Shown here: positions 9,900 to 19,786 of the stretch, one piece after another
Layout: each line of letters begins with the position of its first letter
How positions within the stretch are numbered: the stretch's first letter is position 1
DNA from: Alphaproteobacteria bacterium
GTDB lineage: Bacteria > Pseudomonadota > Alphaproteobacteria > Bin95
Assembly (NCBI GenBank): GCA_964291285.2
Contig: OZ219787.1
Span: 1,344,001 to 1,408,000 of the forward strand
Direction: 5' to 3'
Length of the DNA stretch: 64,000 nt
Translations under genes and position numbers: made by a program
Notes under the pieces: generated by a model
The model's input: only the letters and a program-made list of their open reading frames with translations
The model's database searches: none
What the model was told of the DNA's origin: nothing

Positions 9900-12409
9900 C
9901 TCAGACTTCCTGACCTCGTGACGATGTTTGTTGCGGGCGGCGTTCTGGGAACTTTTTGAGTTCGGTTCATTTTTCGTCTGTTTCGGCTGATTTTCGCTGG
10001 CTGCCGTGTCCAGGTTCGGGTATTTTAATTTGACACTGGATACGAGATTTCAACCATGTCGATTACCCTTCCCCTGAGCCCTCCGGAGGCGGTTCCGATC
10101 GGCAGCAGTTGTTTCGCCATTCTGATTTCGGACGACAGCTTCACCTACTTCTCCAACCTCGTTCCCTTTGACAGCCACGCCGCCGATGACCGCGCGGCCA
10201 TGCTGTTGCGGATCGGCCGCCTGGCTGCGATCAGCGCGGTCTCGCGGCAGGATCTGGCCGACGCTTTCGGTGTCTCGCGTGCAACGGTCCAGCGCGCACG
10301 ACGGCGCTACCTGGCCGAGGGCGAAGCGGAGTTTCTGAAGCCCCGGCGCGGTCGGGGACCTTCGGTGTTCACGCCGGAGCTGGCGGAGAAAGCGACGGCG
10401 TTGCTGGAAGGGGGCCTGAGCGGCTCTGCGGTGGCCCGAGTTCTCGGCGTGTCAGCGCCGTCGGTCAACAAGTGGCGGCGGCAGGGGGTGATCGGCAACG
10501 CGGAGGCGTGTCGGGAGCGCGGCAGCGCGGCAGTGGCGGTGCCGCCTGACGCGGGTGGGGCGCCCGAGGGCAGTGTCGATGACGAGAGTGCCGGTGCCGC
10601 CGGGCCGGCGACGGCAGCGGGGCTGGAGGCGCAGACGGATCGCAGCGCGCGCGACCGGCGGGACCGGCAGGCGCCGATGGGGCGCGCGACTTGCGATGTC
10701 CGGGCTCGGGTGTTGGCCAGCTGCGGGCAGGCGGGACCGGTCGAACCGCAGTTCACCGCCGCCGCCCGCGGCGTGCGCTTTGGCGGCGTTCTCGCCGCCC
10801 TGCCGGCCCTGCTGAAGGAAGGCCTGCTCTGCGAGACCGGCCTCCTGCCGTTGCTGTCGAAGGGCTACTACGGCCTGCCCACGATCCTGCTCTTCCTGGC
10901 CTTCATGACCCTGGCGCGGGTGCGCAACCCCGAGAGCCTGCGCTACCAGGCACCGGGCGAATGGGGTGCGGTTCTCGGTCTCGACCGCTGCCCCGAGGTC
11001 AAGACGCTACGGCGCAAGATCGGGCTCATGGCCAACGACGAAGCCAGCGTGCAGGCGTGGCAGCTCGCTCTTGCGAGACGCTGGCAGGAGGAGGAGCCCG
11101 AGCTCTGGGCGACGCTGGCCGTTGACGGGCACGTCAAGGTCTACGCCGGCCGCAAGGGGCGCCTGCCCAAACACTTCGTCTCGCGCGAGAAGCTGTGCCT
11201 GCCGGCGAGCACCAGCTACTGGATCAACGCCTTGGGCGGCAAGCCCCTGCTGTGCCTGCACAAGCCGCTGGACCCGAAGATGGTCGCCGCGATCGAATCC
11301 GACGTGGTGCCGGCGTTGCAGGCGCTCGGGATCGTCGACGCCGGGACAGCGGACCTGACCGCCGGGCAGCCCGGCCAGCCCGTGCTCACACTGGTCTTCG
11401 ACCGCGAGGGCTGGAGCCCGGAGCTGTTTCGCCGGCTGGCCAGGCGCGGCATTGCCTGCCTGACCTGGCACAAGAACTTCAGGGGCGGGGACTGGCCGGC
11501 CGAGGACTTCAGTGCGATGATCGTTCCCATTCACGGACCCGCGGCGAACGCCAGCGCCACCATGCTGCTGGCCGAGAAGCCGGTGACGTTGAAGAACGGC
11601 TTCAGGGTGCGCCAGATCCGCCGCCTGCTCGACAACGGCCGTCAGGTTCCGCTGGTCACCACCGATCCGCACAAGCCGGTGGCGGAGGCCGCAGGCGCCT
11701 TGTTCTCGCGCTGGTCGCAGGAAAACTTCTTCAAATACATGCGCGACGAGTTCAATCTCGACGCCCTGCCGACCCACGAGATCGAGCCTCTCGCTGCCGA
11801 TACCATGGTCGTCAGCCCGCTGCGGCGGGCCTACGACAAGGCAATCCGCCGCCTCGACCACCAGCTTGGCCGCCTGCGCAACCGCATCGCCGACGCCGCC
11901 CACAGGAAGCAGCCGACGGGCGAACTCAAGAGGGAACTCAGGGACCTCGAGGGCGGCCGTGAGATTGTCAGATCCAGCCGCAGGGAGGTGCCCACGCACT
12001 GCCGGGCCGGCGACCTCGACGAAGCCGGACAGCTCAATGCCTTGCCCTCACGCGAGCGCCTCCTACTCGACATCATCCGCATGATCGCCTACCGCGCTGA
12101 AACCCGCTTGATGCTTCCCGTCATGCAGGCGCAGGGCCACAAGCCCCACCCCCGGAAACTGCTTCAGGCACTCTTCACCGCCGATGCCGACATCCTGCCG
12201 GACCCTGCCAACGGCGTCCTGCGGGTCCGCATTCTCGGCCTCGCAAATGACGCCTGCGACCGCCAGATCAAGCCTCTTCTGGCCGAACTCAACGCCACCG
12301 AAACGCACTTCCCCGGCAACCGTATGCGCATGGTCTACGAGGTCGGCATAACCCCAAAATCCGCGCGCACCGGTGCCAAACAAAATTAGCAGAGGTCAGG
12401 AAGTCTGAG
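9900..12409 (+). mobile_element. IS with large DDE transposase (family not assignable by eye)
   Basis: Perfect 18-bp IRs CTCAGACTTCCTGACCTC (9900-9917) / GAGGTCAGGAAGTCTGAG (12392-12409); no TSD. Confidence 0.85.
10056..12389 (+). CDS. Putative transposase, 777 aa
   Basis: Two HTH-like segments; LAVDGH, LVFDREG, RWSQENFFKY (IS4-like R-W-x-x-E-N-x-F-K); fills the IR-bounded element. Confidence 0.8.
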   Translation: MSITLPLSPPEAVPIGSSCFAILISDDSFTYFSNLVPFDSHAADDRAAMLLRIGRLAAISAVSRQDLADAFGVSRATVQRARRRYLAEGEAEFLKPRRGRGPSVFTPELAEKATALLEGGLSGSAVARVLGVSAPSVNKWRRQGVIGNAEACRERGSAAVAVPPDAGGAPEGSVDDESAGAAGPATAAGLEAQTDRSARDRRDRQAPMGRATCDVRARVLASCGQAGPVEPQFTAAARGVRFGGVLAALPALLKEGLLCETGLLPLLSKGYYGLPTILLFLAFMTLARVRNPESLRYQAPGEWGAVLGLDRCPEVKTLRRKIGLMANDEASVQAWQLALARRWQEEEPELWATLAVDGHVKVYAGRKGRLPKHFVSREKLCLPASTSYWINALGGKPLLCLHKPLDPKMVAAIESDVVPALQALGIVDAGTADLTAGQPGQPVLTLVFDREGWSPELFRRLARRGIACLTWHKNFRGGDWPAEDFSAMIVPIHGPAANASATMLLAEKPVTLKNGFRVRQIRRLLDNGRQVPLVTTDPHKPVAEAAGALFSRWSQENFFKYMRDEFNLDALPTHEIEPLAADTMVVSPLRRAYDKAIRRLDHQLGRLRNRIADAAHRKQPTGELKRELRDLEGGREIVRSSRREVPTHCRAGDLDEAGQLNALPSRERLLLDIIRMIAYRAETRLMLPVMQAQGHKPHPRKLLQALFTADADILPDPANGVLRVRILGLANDACDRQIKPLLAELNATETHFPGNRMRMVYEVGITPKSARTGAKQN

Positions 12410-13164
12410 CCTATATCTTCATTCAGGATTGCAAGTGCCCGCAAGTAGTTTCCGCGTGGCCACTTTAGAGTAGAAGCCGAACCGTCAGATAAACGCGCCC
12501 CACTGTCCTTGAAAATTCGCTTAATTGGCCGGTCGATGTAGATAGAATCATAAACGCTGGAGATATCATTGTGAGTCACTCCCTCCAGACAATGTTCTGA
12601 TTTTGTCAATTCAACGAATTCATAGGCCTGCCTTACTTTTGTTTTTGCTATACTTGCGAAATCGAAGGTGATTTTCATACAGTAGCGGGTTTCCCTTCCT
12701 GATAACCGTAATACATTTCTTGGAAGATTTTCTGTCCTGTTCTTTCCCAATTTTCCGACAATATTTCCATTATCATCGACACAACGGAACATTAAAGCAT
12801 AGGCGCTTTCGGTGGCATCCAGCCCCGTTTTCTCTCTCCAGTAACTTATGGTTTCAACAGCATTGTCGAGAAGTGCATCGTCGCTATCCAATATCAGGGT
12901 GTAATCTCCCGACACCAGGCTCTTCCCGGTATTGACCGCTGCGTTCCTCCCCCTGTTGTTGCTGTAGCGATACCAGCTTATCGGAAAGTCCGCCTCCGCC
13001 TGCCACCGGGAGAGCAGCGTCGCCGTGTCGTCGGTGGAGCCATCGTCCACGACAACCCACTCGAAATCGCGCACCGTCTGCCGCGACAAACTCTCGTAAG
13101 CCCGGTGCAGGGTGTGGACGCGGTTGTAGGCCGGCGTCAGCACCGATATGGCAGGCTTGGTCAT
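12410..13164 (-). pseudogene. Glycosyltransferase family 2, 3'-truncated by the IS
   Basis: ISVLTPAYNR, VVDDGSTD, LDSDD; frame runs into the IS IR at 12409; 3' half is AT-rich. Confidence 0.85.
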
Positions 13165-13298
13165 GCTTTGTCGTTCCTGCCGAACAGTCGCCACAGTGGC
13201 TGCGTCGCAGGTTAGCAAGAATATTGGAAATATCCATTATAAAATCTTTAATAATCATAGAAACTGATTTTAGACGGGCCGGGAGAGCGATGGAGAGA

Positions 13299-13410
13299 GA
13301 TGCCAGGAATAAGTCCGGGCATGACGGGAAAAGGGTTGGGACGGCGGCCGGCAGTTCGGGGCGGTCCTTCGATATGCGCCCGCTGGCGCGGTCGCTACTC
13401 AGGATGAGGG
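13299..13410. repeat. Two REP-like palindromic elements of alphaproteobacterial type
   Basis: GATGCCAGGAATAAGTCCGGGCATGAC hairpin (13299-13325) and GTCCTTCGATA...CTACTCAGGATGAGG (13364-13410). Confidence 0.55.
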
Positions 13411-13653
13411 ATGGGCAAGGCTCCTCTTCGTCGCCCCGGCCCTCGAGATAGGGCGTCAACCAGACAGCAATGGACTCGTTCCGGGCATCCCTCCCCCGGT
13501 CCGGCAACGTTCTCCCGGCGGCCTTCGTTGACTCTCCCGGTCGATTCGGACGACCATCCTCTTTGCGACCGTTGGCGCGTCCCGCTCTGTCGGGGCGCCT
13601 GCTGAACAGAACAGCCCGATATCCGGCGCCCGGTCGGGCTTGCGAGGTCCGTC

Positions 13654-14394
13654 ATGCTGCCGGTGTTCGTCATCAATCTCGACCGTCGCCCGGATCGCTG
13701 GGCGGCGATCTCCGGCAATTTGAGCACGCTGGGCATTGTCTCCGAGCGGATCGGCGCCACGGACGCCGACCGGGTCATGGGCGCCATCCCCGACGACCTC
13801 TCGTTCTCCCAGGCGGCCTGCCGGGAGAGCCATTTCGCCGCCCTGGATGCATTCCTGCAAACCGGCGCGCCGGCGGCGCTCATCCTCGAAGACGATGCCG
13901 AGCTGGCGCCGGACGTCCGCGACCTGCTGGCCTCGGCGGACTGGTGGCCGGCCGCTTCGCGTGTGGTGAAACTGGGAGGATGCGACGAGCCTGCCCTGCT
14001 CGGGCGGCCGGTGGGCAGGACGCCGTGCGGCGGCGAAATCCGCCCTATCGCATGGGCGTCCGCAGTGGCCTGCGCCTACATGATCGACCGCGAAGGCGCG
14101 GAGATCGCGATCGACGAAGCGCCGCGCGTCGGCATGACGGTGGACTCGTTCCTGTTCCACATGACCGGCTCGCCGGCGGCGCGGCGCCTGAAACCGGCCC
14201 ATGTCGTTCCTGCCATGGTGCGGGTAAGACCGGGGCAGGGATCGGACATACACCGCGATTTCTCGCCGCGCACGACCGGCCCCATGATGCGGACCGCCTT
14301 CAGGATCGGCGTCTGGCTGCGGCGCATGACGGGGCAGGTCCGGTGGGTGCCGGTATCGGCCGCTCATCCTCCGCCCCGGGATCCGCCGGGCTGA
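13654..14394 (+). CDS. Glycosyltransferase family 25
   Basis: VFVINLDRRPDRW, CRESH, LILEDDA, AYMI. Confidence 0.88.
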   Translation: MLPVFVINLDRRPDRWAAISGNLSTLGIVSERIGATDADRVMGAIPDDLSFSQAACRESHFAALDAFLQTGAPAALILEDDAELAPDVRDLLASADWWPAASRVVKLGGCDEPALLGRPVGRTPCGGEIRPIAWASAVACAYMIDREGAEIAIDEAPRVGMTVDSFLFHMTGSPAARRLKPAHVVPAMVRVRPGQGSDIHRDFSPRTTGPMMRTAFRIGVWLRRMTGQVRWVPVSAAHPPPRDPPG

Positions 14395-14676
14395 CGGCCG
14401 CCGCCGGCCCGCCGGCCGGAGGAGGCGGCCAGCGCCCGCGCGCCCGCCTCGCGCCGCGCCGACCTCCAGCGCCCCCGCTCAACGCCCCCCGCCTCCGGCG
14501 CAGGCAGCACCTGGAGGATCGTCCTGCCCTGGAAGATATTCAGCGCAGCAGCCATGAGGGCGCCAGCATTCCCGCTCCTGCTATCCCGGTAAAGTCCGCC
14601 AGCGCCGTCTTGACGGACAGCAGCGCAACGATAGACTGCGGAGAGCGAACGGCATACCGCTTCGGAGAAGAAGAGC

Positions 14677-14883
14677 ATGAATTCGACCGGGAAGTCGTTC
14701 CTGACCAAAAGCAGGCCGAGCGAAGAATTATTGAAGCTTTTTCGCGATACAAAAAGCCATGAGAGGTCCGACGATGAATATCACGAACAAAGAATCAGTT
14801 TTGCCTGGGGTAATGCGATGGACGAATCTGTCACAAAAGAAAGCGTCAGGCGGGCTGCTCGTCTGGATTTGAAAAGCGACTGA
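14677..14883 (+). CDS. Small protein upstream of fic (candidate antitoxin)
   Basis: 68 aa with EQRISFAWGNA; purine-rich RBS; directly precedes the fic gene. Confidence 0.55.
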   Translation: MNSTGKSFLTKSRPSEELLKLFRDTKSHERSDDEYHEQRISFAWGNAMDESVTKESVRRAARLDLKSD

Positions 14884-14901
14884 ATACAGGCTTTTCCTTT
14901 C

Positions 14902-15498
14902 GTGGCATTCAGAGAGACCGATGATCCGACCCTGTACCGTAATGTACGGGAAAACAACCTCATGCGTCAATACGACATGCTGGAGGACATGGTCGAGATA
15001 GGATTGTGCAAGGGAATCGAGGCATTCGACAAGTATATGTAATGGACCCTGAATCATGCCGCAGTCGCCAACATGGTGCAGCACGGCGGCCGTTACAGGG
15101 AGGAGCCGGTCTATGTCGGTAAACACATACCGCCACGCTACAACCTGGTTCCCGGTTTGATGGATCGTTTCTTCTCGTTTGTCCACGAAAACTGGGAACG
15201 AGAGACACACCCGACTGCAATCGCTGCTTATGCTTTGTGGAAGATCAACTGGATTCATCCGTTTAACGACGGTAACGGGCGAACTGCGCGCGCATCCTGT
15301 TATTACCTCATTTGCATGAAATACGGAGGCATGCTGCCCGGGCGCAAGACCGTCCCGGACAGAATTCGCGAAGATCCTGACCCGTATTACCGGGCGCTTG
15401 CGGCGGCGGACAGGGCCTGGGAAAACGGCCATTACGATCTGGACGACCTTGCGGATTACCTGCAGGCCCTGCTGGCAGACCAGTTGCGGGAATTGTAG
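14902..15498 (+). pseudogene. Fic/Doc-family protein with in-frame TAA at 15040-15042
   Basis: HPFNDGNGRTAR motif; open frame from GTG 14902 broken by a single stop. Confidence 0.8.
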
Positions 15499-15502
15499 TC
15501 CC

Positions 15503-16276
15503 GTGACGAACAGGGATGACGAAGCGCAACTCCTGACCCGCCCGGTCGGGCCGCCGCTGGCTTACCGGCGCGTTGCCGGGCGGGGGCCGGGGGTGGTGTT
15601 CCTCGGCGGCTTCATGTCCGACATGACGGGTGAGAAGGCCACGGCCCTGGACGCCCTCTGCAGGCGGCAGGGCAGGGCCTTCCTGCGCTTCGACTATCGC
15701 GGCCACGGCGCTTCAGGCGGGCGGTTCGAAGAGGCGGTGATTTCGGACTGGCTCGCCGACACGCTCGCGGTGCTCGACCGGCTGACCGAAGGCCCGCAGG
15801 TGCTGGTCGGCTCCAGCATGGGCGGCTGGCTGATGCTGCTGGCGGCGCTGGCCCGGCCGGAGCGGGTCCATGCGCTCATCGGCATCGCGCCCGCGCCGGA
15901 TTTCGTGCGGCGCATGGAGGCGGCGTTGACCGAGGACCAGCGGCGCGACCTCGACGGGCAGGGCTTCTTCCTGCGCCCGAGCGAATACGGGGACGGGCCC
16001 TATGCGATCACCAAGGCGCTGATCGAGGACGGCAAGCGCCACTGCCTTCTGGAGGGAGGGGTGTCCATAAGCCGCCCCGTGCGCCTCCTTCACGGAATGC
16101 GCGATGACGCCGTCCCCTGGCGGGACTCGCTGCGCCTGGCCGACTGCCTCGAAAGCGAGGACGTGCGCACGGTCTTCGTGAAGGACGGGGACCACCGGCT
16201 GAGCCGCCCCGCCGACCTCGCGCTCCTCGCGACCGTCCTGGAGGGCCTGCTGCGCGCGCCCGGCAGCACTCAGTAG
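15503..16276 (+). CDS. Alpha/beta hydrolase
   Basis: [32 protein letters not shown]. Confidence 0.9.
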   Translation: MTNRDDEAQLLTRPVGPPLAYRRVAGRGPGVVFLGGFMSDMTGEKATALDALCRRQGRAFLRFDYRGHGASGGRFEEAVISDWLADTLAVLDRLTEGPQVLVGSSMGGWLMLLAALARPERVHALIGIAPAPDFVRRMEAALTEDQRRDLDGQGFFLRPSEYGDGPYAITKALIEDGKRHCLLEGGVSISRPVRLLHGMRDDAVPWRDSLRLADCLESEDVRTVFVKDGDHRLSRPADLALLATVLEGLLRAPGSTQ

Positions 16277-17556
16277 CGGTAATAGTCGGGCTTGAACGGC
16301 CCGGCCTGCGGGACGCCGATATAGTCCGCCTGGTCCGGGCGCAATTCGGTCAGCCGGGCGCCCAGCCTCGCCAGGTGCAGCATGGCAACCTTCTCGTCGA
16401 GATGCTTCGGCAGCACGTGCACTTGCCGGTCGTATCGCTCCCCGTTGGTCCAGAGCTCGATCTGGGCCAGCACCTGGTTGGAGAAGCTCGCCGACATCAC
16501 GAAGCTCGGATGCCCCGTGGCGCATCCAAGGTTCACCAGCCGGCCCTCCGCCAGAAGGATCAGCCGCTTGCCGTCCGGGAACTCCACCTCGTCCACCTGC
16601 GGCTTGACATTGTGCCAGGCGAGATTGCGAAGCGCGTCCACCTGAATCTCATTGTCGAAATGGCCGATATTGCAGACGATCGTGCGGTCCTTCATGGCGC
16701 GCATGTGGTCGATGGTCACGACATCGGTGTTGCCGGTCGCCGTCACCACGATGTCCACCCGGTCCGCGACGTCGTCGAGGCGTACGACTTCGTAGCCGGC
16801 CATGCAGGCCTGGAGGGCGCAGATCGGGTCGACCTCGCTCACCATGACGCGCGCGCCCTGGCTGCGCAGGCTCTCCGCCGACCCCTTGCCGACATCGCCG
16901 TAGCCGCAGACGAGCGCGGACTTGCCGGCGATCATCACGTCGGTGGCGCGCTTGATCCCGTCCACGAGGCTCTCGCGGCAACCGTAGAGATTGTCGAATT
17001 TGGACTTGGTCACCGAGTCGTTGACATTGAAGGCGGGGCAGGCGAGCGAGCCGGTCTTCGCCATCTCGTAGAGGCGCAGCACGCCGGTCGTCGTCTCCTC
17101 CGACACGCCCCGCACGCCGCCCATGAGTTCCGGGTAGTCGTCGTGCATGAGCCTGGTCAGGTCGCCGCCATCGTCGAGCAGCAGGTTGGGGTGCCAGCCG
17201 TCCGGCCCCTCGACCGTGCGATGCACGCACTGCCAGTATTCTTCCTCCGTCTCGCCCTTCCAGGCGAAGACGGGCACGCCGGACGCTGCCATGGCCGCGG
17301 CCGCCTGGTCCTGCGTCGAGAAAATGTTGCAGGACGACCAGCGCACCTCCGCGCCCAGCGTCTGCAGCGTCTCGATCAGCACCGAGGTCTGGATGGTCAT
17401 GTGCAGGCAGCCCGCAATCCGCGCGCCCTCCAGCGGCCGGGCCGGGCCGTATTCCTCGCGGATCGCCATCAACCCCGGCATTTCGGTTTCGGCAATGGCG
17501 ATCTCCTTGCGGCCCCAGTCGGCAAGCGAGATGTCGGCAACCTGATAATCGGGCAT
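16270..17556 (-). CDS. ahcY: Adenosylhomocysteinase
   Basis: [52 protein letters not shown]. Confidence 0.98.
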   Translation of the reverse strand: MPDYQVADISLADWGRKEIAIAETEMPGLMAIREEYGPARPLEGARIAGCLHMTIQTSVLIETLQTLGAEVRWSSCNIFSTQDQAAAAMAASGVPVFAWKGETEEEYWQCVHRTVEGPDGWHPNLLLDDGGDLTRLMHDDYPELMGGVRGVSEETTTGVLRLYEMAKTGSLACPAFNVNDSVTKSKFDNLYGCRESLVDGIKRATDVMIAGKSALVCGYGDVGKGSAESLRSQGARVMVSEVDPICALQACMAGYEVVRLDDVADRVDIVVTATGNTDVVTIDHMRAMKDRTIVCNIGHFDNEIQVDALRNLAWHNVKPQVDEVEFPDGKRLILLAEGRLVNLGCATGHPSFVMSASFSNQVLAQIELWTNGERYDRQVHVLPKHLDEKVAMLHLARLGARLTELRPDQADYIGVPQAGPFKPDYYRY

Positions 17557-17733
17557 CGGGAGGTATGTCCTCGTTCCGGAAGGGATGCGCCAGAAGGCGG
17601 GAGGCGTATAGCAACCGGCGGGCCTCCCTTTCAACCGGACGCCGGAGACCCGATCGGCATTCGCACGTCTTGATTGCAATGCAATCACACCATAGGGTGG
17701 TGTCCCGGACGGCCGGTGAGCGCGCCGGCGCCG

Positions 17734-18000
17734 TCATGTCTCGCTGAAGCCGTCCGCAACGAGCGCCTGTAGTGCGGCCAGCGCGGCTGCAGCCTGCACG
17801 CCCTCGCAGACCACCTCGATTTCGCAGCCCTTGCCGGCGCCGAGCAGCAGCAGGCCCATGATCGAGACGCCCGGCACGGTCATGTCGTGATGGGTGACCT
17901 GCACTTCCGCATCGAAGCGCCCGGCGAGCGCCACGAATTTCGCCGCGGCGCGCGCATGCAGGCCGCGCTCATTCACGATCCGCAACAATGCCGACGGCAT
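17734..18000 (-). CDS. ptsH: HPr/NPr phosphocarrier protein
   Basis: NERGLHARAAAKFV, SIMGLLLL. Confidence 0.9.
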   Translation of the reverse strand: MPSALLRIVNERGLHARAAAKFVALAGRFDAEVQVTHHDMTVPGVSIMGLLLLGAGKGCEIEVVCEGVQAAAALAALQALVADGFSET

Positions 18001-18001
18001 G

Positions 18002-18418
18002 TCAGCCGGGCGCCTCGGCGAGCAGTTTCGAGGCGATCTGGATGTATTTCCGCCCGGCCTCTTCCGCATCCGCGACGGCCTCGGCGAGCGTCTTGTGCTG
18101 GCGGCAGGTCGCGAGCTTGACCAGCATCGGCAGGTTGACGCCTGCGATCACCTCGACCTCGCCCCTGTTGGACGCGCCCAGCACGGAGATGGCGAGATTG
18201 GAGGGTGTGCCGCCGAACATGTCCGTCAGCAGGACGACGCCATCCCCCGAATTGAGCGTCTTTGCGACCTGCGCGATCTCCACGCGGCGGTCCTCCATGT
18301 CGTCGTCGGGGCCGATGCACACGGCCGAGACCTGCTCCTGAGGCCCGACGACATGCTCAAGCGCCGCGAGCAGTTCGGCGGCGAGGCGGCCATGCGTTAC
18401 GAGCGCCAGGCCGATCAT
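18002..18418 (-). CDS. manX: PTS EIIA-Man-type component
   Basis: LVTHGRLA, LTDMFGGTPSN, GVNLPML. Confidence 0.9.
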   Translation of the reverse strand: MIGLALVTHGRLAAELLAALEHVVGPQEQVSAVCIGPDDDMEDRRVEIAQVAKTLNSGDGVVLLTDMFGGTPSNLAISVLGASNRGEVEVIAGVNLPMLVKLATCRQHKTLAEAVADAEEAGRKYIQIASKLLAEAPG

Positions 18419-19353
18419 GGGCTGTTCTCCGTTTCCAATGCGACGGCCTGGTCCGCCGCCGTCTCCAGACAGTCCTGCCCGGATGCCGGTTCCGCTTCGA
18501 GGTCGCGGTGGGTCAGCGTGGCCCGCCAGCCCCGTTCGCGCAACAGCCGCGCAAGCTCCTCGGCCGTGAAGACCGAGCGGTGGCGGCCGCCGGTGCAGCC
18601 GATCGCTATCGTCAGATAGGCGCGGCCTTCCTTCGCATAGCGGGGCAGCAGCGTCCGGAGCAGCGTGCCGACGCTTTCGAGGAATGAGGCAAAGTCCGGG
18701 TCCTTCGCGATATGGGCGCCGACTTTCTCGTCGCGCCCGGTCAAGGGCCGCAGGTCTTCCATGTAGTGGGGGTTGGACAGGAAGCGCATGTCGAACACGA
18801 GGTCGGCCTCGCGCGGCAGGCCAAGGCGGAAGGAGAAGGAGGTGACGAAGATCGACATGCCTTCCTGCGGGTCGGATGTGAAATGCGCCCGCAGCAGGCG
18901 GCGAAGGTCGTGGACGTTCAGCAGCGAGGTGTCGATGACGATATCGGCCGCGCGGCGCAGCGGCTCCAGCAGCCGGCGCTCCCGCTCGATGCCGGTGACG
19001 GGACTGCCGTCCGGCGCCATCGGGTGGCGCCGGCGCGTCTCGCGGTAGCGGCGCGTCAGCGTTTCCTCGTCGGCATGCAGGAATACCGGCACGACATCGA
19101 AGCGGGCCGCCGCGTCCGTCATGCGTTCCAGCACGCCCTCGACGGCGAAGTCGCGGGCGCGTGTGTCGATCCCGACGGCCAGCGGACGGCCCGACGGGTC
19201 GGCATCGATGCCGTTCAGCATCGCCAGCGGAATGTTGTCGATCGCCTCGAACCCGAGATCCTCGAGTTCCTTCAATGCGACGGACCGCCCGGCTCCGGAC
19301 ATGCCGGTCACCAGGACGAGGCGCCTCAGCATGGATTCACTACGGGTCGTCAT
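18415..19353 (-). CDS. rapZ: RNase adapter RapZ
   Basis: VTGMSGAGRS, ETRRRHP, RFLSNPHY, IGCTGGRHRSV. Confidence 0.93.
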   Translation of the reverse strand: MTTRSESMLRRLVLVTGMSGAGRSVALKELEDLGFEAIDNIPLAMLNGIDADPSGRPLAVGIDTRARDFAVEGVLERMTDAAARFDVVPVFLHADEETLTRRYRETRRRHPMAPDGSPVTGIERERRLLEPLRRAADIVIDTSLLNVHDLRRLLRAHFTSDPQEGMSIFVTSFSFRLGLPREADLVFDMRFLSNPHYMEDLRPLTGRDEKVGAHIAKDPDFASFLESVGTLLRTLLPRYAKEGRAYLTIAIGCTGGRHRSVFTAEELARLLRERGWRATLTHRDLEAEPASGQDCLETAADQAVALETENSP

Positions 19354-19366
19354 GTTTGTCCGAAAG

Positions 19367-19786
19367 TCATGCCGCGCCTTTATCCCCCGATGCCATATGC
19401 GCGGCAAGCCGCAGTTTGACCGCCGCGGAAATCTCGAACGGCGCCAACCGGATACGCCTCACCGGCAAGCCCAGAACCGGCTCGAAACAGGGCTCGGGCA
19501 TCCGTTCGGGCGCAGCCAGGTCCGCGATCAGGAGGAGCGGCGCGCCGTCCAGCGCCGGCAGGCGGACGATCCCGACGCCGCGCACTTCCAGCCTGCCGCC
19601 GGCCTGCGGCAACGGGCTGGCCCAGACCCGGCCGCCTCGCAGCCCGAGCACGACGAGATCGTCGGCGACAAGCTCCGCCCCGGCCTCCACCGCCCGGAGC
19701 GCGAGGTCGGATTTCCCGGACCCGGAAGGTCCGCGCAGCAGCACGCCCCGGCCCTCGAAGGCGATGCAGCTCGCATGGACCTGCAT
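19367..19786 (-). CDS. hprK: HPr kinase/phosphorylase (short alphaproteobacterial form)
   Basis: VHASC, GPSGSGKSDLALR, LVADD, LEVRGVGI. Confidence 0.9.
   Translation of the reverse strand: MQVHASCIAFEGRGVLLRGPSGSGKSDLALRAVEAGAELVADDLVVLGLRGGRVWASPLPQAGGRLEVRGVGIVRLPALDGAPLLLIADLAAPERMPEPCFEPVLGLPVRRIRLAPFEISAAVKLRLAAHMASGDKGAA

Noticed and set aside
17557-17733. SAH riboswitch upstream of ahcY
   Set aside because: Consensus elements not recognisable by eye; would need an Rfam scan
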